Of a DNA stretch of 24,000 nucleotides, positions 15,301 to 24,000 are shown piece by piece; the first letter of the stretch is position 1; every line of letters begins with the position of its first letter. Origin of the DNA: Pseudactinotalea sp. HY158 (lineage in GTDB: Bacteria; Actinomycetota; Actinomycetes; Actinomycetales; Beutenbergiaceae); contig NZ_CP045920.1 in the NCBI RefSeq assembly GCF_009660225.1, forward strand, positions 2,406,079 through 2,430,078, in the 5' to 3' direction. A program made the position numbers and the translations under genes. The notes below the pieces were generated by a model. It saw only the letters and a list, made by a program, of their open reading frames with translations. It was not told the DNA's origin and ran no database searches.

Positions 15301-15947
15301 TGGGCGCGGCGGGCGATATCGGCCTGCTTGGCCAGCGGTCCGAGTTGGCGGCGGATCTCCGTCACGAGGTCGCCCACCCGGGCGAGGTTGGCGGCCATCC
15401 CGTCGAGCTTGCGCAGCGCCTTCTCCTTGCGCTTGCGGTGCTTGAGCACGCCGGCGGCCTCCTCGATGAAGCCGCGCCGGTCCTCGGGGGTGGCGCTGAG
15501 CATGGCGTCGAGGCGGCCCTGGCCGACGATCACGTGCATCTCCCGGCCGAGGCCCGAGTCGGAGAGGAGCTCGGCGATGTCGAGGAGCCGGCACGAGGTG
15601 CCGTTGATCGCGTACTCGCTGCCGCCCCCCTGGAACAGCGTGCGCGAGATCGTCACCTCGGTGTAGTCGATGGGGAGGGCGCCGTCGGTGTTGTCGATCG
15701 TGAGCGAGACCTCGGCGCGGCCGAGCGGCGGCCGCGACGAGGTCCCCGCGAAGATGACGTCGGCCATGTTGCCGCCGCGCAGGGTCTTGGCCCCCTGCTC
15801 GCCCATGACCCAGGCGAGCGCGTCCACGACGTTCGACTTGCCCGACCCGTTCGGCCCCACGACGGCGGTGATGCCCGGCTCGAAGTGAAGGGTCGTCGCC
15901 GAGGCGAAGGACTTGAATCCCCGCAGCGTCAACGTCTTCAGATGCAC
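12354..15947 (-). CDS. smc: Chromosome partition protein SMC
   Basis: 1197-aa ORF with Walker A GPNGSGKSN, long Ala/Glu/Arg coiled coils, a hinge, the C-terminal signature LSGGE and Walker B FYVMDEVEAALD. GTG start. See the finding on an anomalous patch at 13395..13535. Confidence 0.97.
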   Translation of the reverse strand: MHLKTLTLRGFKSFASATTLHFEPGITAVVGPNGSGKSNVVDALAWVMGEQGAKTLRGGNMADVIFAGTSSRPPLGRAEVSLTIDNTDGALPIDYTEVTISRTLFQGGGSEYAINGTSCRLLDIAELLSDSGLGREMHVIVGQGRLDAMLSATPEDRRGFIEEAAGVLKHRKRKEKALRKLDGMAANLARVGDLVTEIRRQLGPLAKQADIARRAHVVQADLRDAKARLVADDYVQLTAALEAEQADENALRARREQVEDSQLKARARLTALEGEAAAAAPALNEAAEMWFRLSSLRERLRGTATLAAERGRLLEEDDRAPVTGPDPRDLDAQAARARGTEGELTAEHTAAAAALETAVERRRHAEGVAAEAEKALARVHRDAADRREHLARLTGRVAAARSRLEATEAEVERLRAGHAAARSRAEEAGSAYARLEQEAVGAEAGEEDLDTAHEAALARLTAAEETVTSLTERRRGTGGELATWTARRDALDLSLTRRDATGTLLEGDVPGILGAFADRLQVRAGYENAIAAALGTWADAAVAETIDDAAAALERVRADESGTAHLVIAGDGAPARRPAPVAGEWASDLVTPEPDVAGAVLLLLEGVVVVDDLTEAADVARAGDPGVVAVTRGGDVVTATRASGGAGDSPSVLELHAARDEAASAVTAAERELAGIETALEPAREALQLAQSDADAALAALHDSDAALAAVAERLAQLGSTMRAGHAEAERTAGAIEDANASRSTIAAELAELTATLAAAEGEARDEPAAGAGPAAGVDPATAAAEARDEAAVAATTARGAETDAGSSCAPSRNGSARSGRAAALERSRPPSAAPPGRRRARPGRAAQRVSADLVEAGAERALAAIDTSLAAAQRARDEAEAARTARETELGAVRTQVDALAREHAELTDVVHKDEVARAGQRATIEALATRAADELGLDPEELVESYGPHLLIPATSGPSGTAGAEDDAEAAPVPFVRAEQEKRLRKAERALALLGKVNPLALEEHAALEERHNFLSRQLADIKSSRADLLQIVAEIDERVEQVFADAFADTAVQFERVFARLFPGGEGRLLLTDPGDLLTTGIEVEARPPGKKVKRLSLLSGGERSLTAVAILVAIFKARPSPFYVMDEVEAALDDTNLGRLIDIFRELREDSQLIVITHQKRTMEVADALYGVTMRGDGVTTLISQRLGQGEPA

Positions 15948-16000
15948 GGGCTCAGCCTACTGGGCGCCGGGGCGACGTTCGTGGACCCGGCCGACTCCCC

Positions 16001-16033
16001 GTCGGCTACAGGTCGGTTACAGCTCGGCTACAG
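16001..16033 (-). repeat. Three tandem 11-bp repeats (gtcggctacag / gtcggttacag / ctcggctacag) spanning the ndk stop, upstream of smc
   Basis: Read directly at 16001-16011, 16012-16022 and 16023-16033. On the coding strand this is CTGTAGCCGAG CTGTAACCGAC CTGTAGCCGAC. The first TAG is the ndk stop codon. Confidence 0.85.
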
Positions 16034-16450
16034 GGCCGGGAACCAGAGCGCGATCTCGGCCTCGGCGCTCTCGGGCGAGTCCGAGCCGTGCACGAGGTTC
16101 TGCTGCACGGCCAGGCCCCAGTCGCGCCCGAGGTCGCCCCGGATCGTGCCGGGCGCGGCGCCCGTGGGGTCCGTGGACCCGGCGAGGGAGCGGAACCCCT
16201 CGATCACCCGGTCGCCGCTCACGACGGCGGCCACGATCGGCCCGGAGAGCATGAACTCCACGAGCGGCTCGTAGAACGGCTTGCCCTCGTGCTCGGCGTA
16301 GTGCTGGGCCAGGAGCTCCCGGGAGGCGGCACGCACCTCGAGGGCGGTGAGCACGTAGCCCTTGGCCTCGACCCGGCGCAGGATCTCCCCGGTGAGGGAC
16401 CGGGCGACGCCGTCGGGCTTGATGAGGACGAGGGTGCGCTCTGTAGTCAT
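16028..16450 (-). CDS. ndk: Nucleoside diphosphate kinase
   Basis: [32 protein letters not shown]...NLVHGSDS is classic NDK (active-site His in NLVHGSD). I trimmed the start to ATG 16450 (GAGGGA RBS upstream). The track start at 16537 adds 29 non-homologous residues. Confidence 0.95.
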   Translation of the reverse strand: MTTERTLVLIKPDGVARSLTGEILRRVEAKGYVLTALEVRAASRELLAQHYAEHEGKPFYEPLVEFMLSGPIVAAVVSGDRVIEGFRSLAGSTDPTGAAPGTIRGDLGRDWGLAVQQNLVHGSDSPESAEAEIALWFPAL

Positions 16451-16517
16451 GTCCCTCACCCTATCGCCGGTCACCACGCCCGCGATCCCGCCCCGAGCGG
16501 GGACCGTTCCCCAGACG

Positions 16518-16559
16518 CGAACGGGCCCCGGCCGCATTGCGACCGGGGCCCGCTGTTCG
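16518..16559 (-). terminator. GC-rich hairpin downstream of the glycosidase gene (putative factor-independent terminator)
   Basis: The core stem gggccccgg (16523..16531) pairs perfectly with ccggggccc (16543..16551) around an 11-nt loop. The stem is extended by cgaac (16518..16522) pairing with gttcg (16555..16559) across a 3-nt bulge. It begins 11 nt after the stop at 16570. No clear U-tract. Confidence 0.5.
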
Positions 16560-16569
16560 CCGAGACGGC

Positions 16570-19606
<3,037 letters not shown>

Positions 19607-19620
19607 CAGCACCGCCCGGA

Positions 19621-20043
19621 CTAGTCGTCCCCCGGGCGCCGCCGCAGTCGCTTGGTCTCGGACCGGAGCTGCTTCGCCGCACGCCGGCGCCGGACCGATC
19701 CGCGGGTGGGCCGGGTGGCGCGCCGGGGCGCGGACGGCGGACGCAGCGCCGCGCGCAGCAGCTCGGCGAGCCGGGCGATCGCGACCTCGCGGTTGCGCAG
19801 CTGGGAGCTGCGCTCGGAGGCGGTCACGGTCAGGGTCGTGCCCACGAGCCGGCCGGCGAGGCCGCCCTCGAGCCGGCGCCGTTGGGTCGGGCTGAGCACG
19901 GCCGAGGTCGCGATGTCCCACGACAGCTCGACCCGGCTGTCCGCGGTGTTCACGTGCTGGCCGCCGGGCCCGGAGGAGCGGGAGAACCGCCACCGCAGCT
20001 CCGCCGCCGGGATCGTCAGCGCCGGCGAGACCTGGACATCCAT
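19621..20043 (-). CDS. arfB: Alternative ribosome-rescue factor ArfB (GGQ peptidyl-tRNA hydrolase)
   Basis: MDVQVSPALTIPAAELRWRFSRSSGPGGQHVNTADSRVEL... has the GGQ motif, a ~140-aa length and the basic C-terminal tail typical of ArfB/YaeJ. I trimmed the start to ATG 20043. Confidence 0.85.
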   Translation of the reverse strand: MDVQVSPALTIPAAELRWRFSRSSGPGGQHVNTADSRVELSWDIATSAVLSPTQRRRLEGGLAGRLVGTTLTVTASERSSQLRNREVAIARLAELLRAALRPPSAPRRATRPTRGSVRRRRAAKQLRSETKRLRRRPGDD

Positions 20044-20062
20044 GCGTCCAGCCTCGCACACG

Positions 20063-20485
20063 CTATCGGGTGCGCCCGCCCGCCTCCGCGGCGGCGTAGG
20101 CCGCCTTCTCACGGTCGATCTTCGCGCCGAGCACCATGGCGAGGATCCACAGCGCGGCGAAGACCGTGCCGAGGATCCACATCATCGGGATGATCAGTCC
20201 GGCGAGGATGCTCACGACCTGCACGAGGGAGCCGAGGATGCGCCCGGGCAAGCCCCGCAGGAGCGCCAGCGCCGCCAGGCACAGCGCGACCGCGAACCCG
20301 ACGACCGGCCAGATGACCTCCGGCGGCGCGAGCCGCAGCCCGTAGGCCACGAGCCCGGCGAATCCGAACACGAAGACCTGGGTTCCGAGCGTCGCAACGG
20401 CGAACAGGTGCCGGACGGATCGGCCGGCGGGCGCCGGCAGGCCGGGGCGGGCCGGCGGGGAATCGGAGGAGGGCGCGGTGGTCAC
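20063..20485 (-). CDS. Hypothetical integral membrane protein (about 4 TM helices)
   Basis: The 140-aa ORF has hydrophobic segments LFAVATLGTQVFVFGFAGLVAYGL, VIWPVVGFAVALCLAALALL, ILGSLVQVVSILAGLIIPMMWIL and TVFAALWILAMVLGA. No family recognised. Confidence 0.6.
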   Translation of the reverse strand: MTTAPSSDSPPARPGLPAPAGRSVRHLFAVATLGTQVFVFGFAGLVAYGLRLAPPEVIWPVVGFAVALCLAALALLRGLPGRILGSLVQVVSILAGLIIPMMWILGTVFAALWILAMVLGAKIDREKAAYAAAEAGGRTR

Positions 20486-20509
20486 GACCTCACGGTACCC
20501 CGGGTCGGC

Positions 20510-21301
20510 CTAGTCCTCGCCGAACCCGTTCTCGAACTCCTCCTCGAGCCGGGTGAGCACGTCGCCGGCCTGCGGGCCGCTCGCCCGCAGCGTCGCCTCC
20601 GCCCCGCCCGTGAGGCCGAGCCCCATGAGCGCGAGGACGCTCGCCGCGGGGGTCTCGTTGATCGTCACCTCGGCGTCGTGATCGGCGACGATCCGCGCCA
20701 CCTGCGCGGCGGGTCGCGCATGCAGTCCGAGGCTGTTGCGCAGCGTCACGGTCCGCTCGAGGACGTCGGAGCTCGCCTCGTGATCGTCCGTCGCCTCCGC
20801 GGCGGCCGGGGCCGGGGTGGCCGGGGCCGCGGTGTCGGCCGTGCTGTCGGTGGCAGCAGAGTCGCCGCCAGGGTGGTCAGTGTCGTCGGCAGAGTCGGCA
20901 GCATCGGCAGAGCCGCCGGCGAACGCATCGATCGCGGTCCGCGCCGCCGCCGCGACCTGCGAGGCACTCGAACCGGTCTGGGCCGCGACGGCCGCCGCGA
21001 CGGCGCCCTCGACGAAGGGGGCGTCGACGATCGTGACCCCGCCGTCCAGTACCTCGGCGACCGATTCGGCGGTGAGGAGCGCGGAGCCGAGGTCGGAGAG
21101 CACGACGGCCTCGGCCCCGGCCTCCCGAACCCGTTCGACCATCTCCATGACCCGGTCGAAGCTCGTGCCGATGCGGTTGTCGTCGGTGCCGCCGGCGGCA
21201 TAGATCGGCACGTCGGGTGCCATCTGCGCGGCGACCTCGGCCGCTCCCTTGGCGAGGTTGCCCGAGTGGGAGACGAGCACGAGGCCCACCGCGATCGTCA
21301 C
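20510..21301 (-). CDS. dhaM: PTS-dependent dihydroxyacetone kinase phosphotransferase subunit DhaM (EIIA-Man-like domain plus HPr domain)
   Basis: VTIAVGLVLVSHSGNLAKGAAEVA is the EIIA(Man)-type DhaM N-domain (phospho-His in VSHS). An acidic linker follows, then an HPr-like domain TVTLRNSLGLHARPAAQVARIV. The GTG start overlaps the dhaL stop (GTGA at 21298..21301). The track start at 21538 lies inside dhaL. Confidence 0.85.
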   Translation of the reverse strand: MTIAVGLVLVSHSGNLAKGAAEVAAQMAPDVPIYAAGGTDDNRIGTSFDRVMEMVERVREAGAEAVVLSDLGSALLTAESVAEVLDGGVTIVDAPFVEGAVAAAVAAQTGSSASQVAAAARTAIDAFAGGSADAADSADDTDHPGGDSAATDSTADTAAPATPAPAAAEATDDHEASSDVLERTVTLRNSLGLHARPAAQVARIVADHDAEVTINETPAASVLALMGLGLTGGAEATLRASGPQAGDVLTRLEEEFENGFGED

Positions 21302-21953
21302 GGCGTGTCCCGCGCTGCGGCCGCCGCGGCCGCGAGCAGCATGGCCGAGGACTGCGCGCCCGGATCGCGGTGCCCGGCCGAGCGCTCGCCGAGGTAGGAC
21401 GCCCGGCCCTTGCGGGCGACCATCGGTTCGGTGGCGCGGGCGCCGGCCTCCGCGGCGGCCGAGGCCTCGGCCCACACGGCGACCGGATCGGACCCGGACT
21501 CGGCCGCGGCGCGCGCGGCCGTGGCGGCGGCGTCCCACGCGTCCACCATCGTCTTGTCGCCGGGCTCGGCCTTGCCGCGGGCGACGAGGCCGGCCAGCCC
21601 GGCCTCGAGCAGCTCGGCCACGCCGGTCGCGTCGAGCCCGCCGGCCCGGTTGTCCGCCTCCCCGGCGGCCTTGCCGGCGCGGAGGAAGGCGGTGCCGTAC
21701 AGCGGACCGGCGGCGCCGCCCACGGTCGACATGAGGGTGGTGGCCACGAGCTTGAAGGTCTCGCCCAGCTGGGCCGGGGCGGCGGAGTCGAGCTTCGCCG
21801 CGACGGCGGAGAAGCCCCGGTCGAGGTTCTCGCCGTGGTCACCGTCGCCGATGGCCCGGTCCAGGTCGTTCAGCGCCGCGCGCTCATCGGACGTGATCCG
21901 GGCACAGGCCTGGATCCAGGCCACGGCCCACTCGTTGCCGAGCACCTTCTCAC

Positions 21954-21957
<4 letters not shown>
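21298..21957 (-). CDS. dhaL: Dihydroxyacetone kinase ADP-binding subunit DhaL
   Basis: The 219-aa ORF has LNDLDRAIGDGDHGENLDRGF (Mg-ADP-binding DGD motif) and TVGGAAGPLYG. Its start overlaps the dhaK stop. Confidence 0.92.
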
Positions 21958-22961
<1,004 letters not shown>

Positions 22962-23033
22962 GGCCAACCTCCAGTGGAGCTACCGAACTCACTGCCGATC
23001 CTACTGCCCCACACGCACGCTGTCTGGTGCCGG

Positions 23034-24000
23034 TCACGACCCGTCGCGGTACGCCTCGAGCAGGCGCAGCCACACCTCACTCACGGTCGGGAAGGCGGGC
23101 ACCGCGTGCCACAGCCGCGCGATCGGCACCTCGCCCGCGATCGCGATCGCCCCGGCCTGCGCGAGCTCGGCCACGTCCTGGCCCACGAACGTCAGGCCGA
23201 CGATCACCTGCCGGTCGGCGTCGACGACCATCCGGGCAGCGCCGCGGTAGCCGTCGGCCATGAGGGCGGCCCCGGCGACGGCGCCCAGGTCCACGTCGAC
23301 CACGCGGGTCCGCACCCCCTGCTCCCGGCAGTCGGCCTCGGTCAGCCCGACGGAGGCGACCTGCGGATCGGTGAAGACCACGGCCGTGGCCGCGCGCTGG
23401 TCGGCGGTCGCCGCGTGCGCGCCCCACGGGGAGTCGTCGATCCGGGCGCCGTGCCCACCGGAGTCTGCGCGGGCGGCGCGGGCCATGATCGCCCCCGCCG
23501 CGATGCGGGCCTGATACTTGCCCTGATGGGTGAGCAGCCGGCGGCCGTTCACGTCGCCCGCGGCGTAGAGCCAGTCGATCCCCGCGCCGTCCGGCCCGGT
23601 GACCCGGAGGGTCTCGTCCACCGCGAGCCATGCGCCGTCGGTCAGCCCGACCACGGCGAGCCCGAGTCCGTCGGTGCGGGGCCCGCGGCCGGTGGCCACG
23701 AGGATCTCCTCACCGGTGACGCGCTCGCCGCCGGAGAGTTCGACCGTCACCCGCGCATCCGGCGCCGCGGCGTCGTCCCGGGTCACGCGCGTGGCCGTGG
23801 CCCCCGTGTGGAAGCGCACCCCGCGGGCGGCCAGGGCGGAGCGCACATGCTCGGCCGCGACGGGTTCGAGCGTTCCCAGCAGCCGGCCCGCCTCGATCAC
23901 GGTGACCTCGGCACCGAGGTCGGCGTAGGCGCAGGCCGACTCGCAGCCGACGACCCCGCCGCCGAGCACGATGAGCGAGCCGGGGACGGCGCGCGCGGAC
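23034..24000 (-). CDS. Class I pyridine nucleotide-disulfide oxidoreductase (dihydrolipoamide dehydrogenase / mycothione reductase-like), C-terminal part; 5' end lies beyond the window
   Basis: Minus-strand translation of 24000..23941 gives SARAVPGSLIVLGGGVVGCE, the second (NAD) Rossmann GxGxxG, so the gene starts outside the window. It continues through YAAGDVNG (FAD-contact motif) and the dimerisation domain (VVFTDPQVASVGLTE...HAVPAFPTVSEVW). Confidence 0.85.
   Translation of the reverse strand, partial: SARAVPGSLIVLGGGVVGCESACAYADLGAEVTVIEAGRLLGTLEPVAAEHVRSALAARGVRFHTGATATRVTRDDAAAPDARVTVELSGGERVTGEEILVATGRGPRTDGLGLAVVGLTDGAWLAVDETLRVTGPDGAGIDWLYAAGDVNGRRLLTHQGKYQARIAAGAIMARAARADSGGHGARIDDSPWGAHAATADQRAATAVVFTDPQVASVGLTEADCREQGVRTRVVDVDLGAVAGAALMADGYRGAARMVVDADRQVIVGLTFVGQDVAELAQAGAIAIAGEVPIARLWHAVPAFPTVSEVWLRLLEAYRDGS

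Noticed and set aside
16451-16537. N-terminal extensions of the track ORFs for ndk (to 16537), the glycosidase (to 19569), arfB (to 20112), dhaM (to 21538), lepB (to 1678) and rimM (to 3913)
   Set aside because: The extensions overlap upstream genes or intergenic hairpins and repeats, and they lack homology-like sequence. Internal starts with Shine-Dalgarno motifs reproduce canonical N-termini ([14 protein letters not shown], signal peptide MRSMLAAT..., MDVQVSP..., VTIAVGLVLVSHS...).

Overview
High-GC actinobacterial chromosome segment. Hand counts of single 60-nt lines in core genes give about 80% GC. Every gene I can support lies on the minus strand. The long plus-strand ORFs in the track are antisense shadows typical of high-GC DNA. 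In window order the backbone is: rnhB (partial), lepB, rplS, trmD (fused to a GNAT domain), rimM, a KH-domain protein, rpsP, then an inserted islet, then amidohydrolase, ffh, ftsY, a small membrane protein, smc, ndk, an LPXTG-anchored YgjK/GH63-like glycosidase, arfB, a membrane protein, dhaM-dhaL-dhaK, and a partial flavoprotein disulfide oxidoreductase. The standout is a roughly 3-kb lower-GC islet (about 4903..7862) between rpsP and the conserved amidohydrolase-ffh block. It carries one tightly coupled three-gene operon. Gene 1 encodes an XRE-HTH protein with an AbiEi-like C-terminal domain. Gene 2 encodes an AbiEii-like nucleotidyltransferase and overlaps gene 1 by ATGA. Gene 3 encodes an AbiH-like protein that starts 3 nt after the gene 2 stop. 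A leaderless-type promoter with a palindromic operator sits directly upstream. I read this as a candidate composite anti-phage or abortive-infection system that I do not recognise as described. Other points worth a second look are listed here.
- A TrmD-GNAT fusion.
- A frame-scrambled patch inside smc.
- Several intergenic tandem or dispersed repeats: 14-bp x5 upstream of the glycosidase, 11-bp x3 between ndk and smc, a shared 21-mer upstream of ftsY and ndk, and GAACGGGCCC hairpins.
- An in-frame 15-bp VNTR in rnhB.
I saw no tRNA, rRNA, CRISPR array, transposase or integrase. All family calls come from motif recognition by eye, with no database search.
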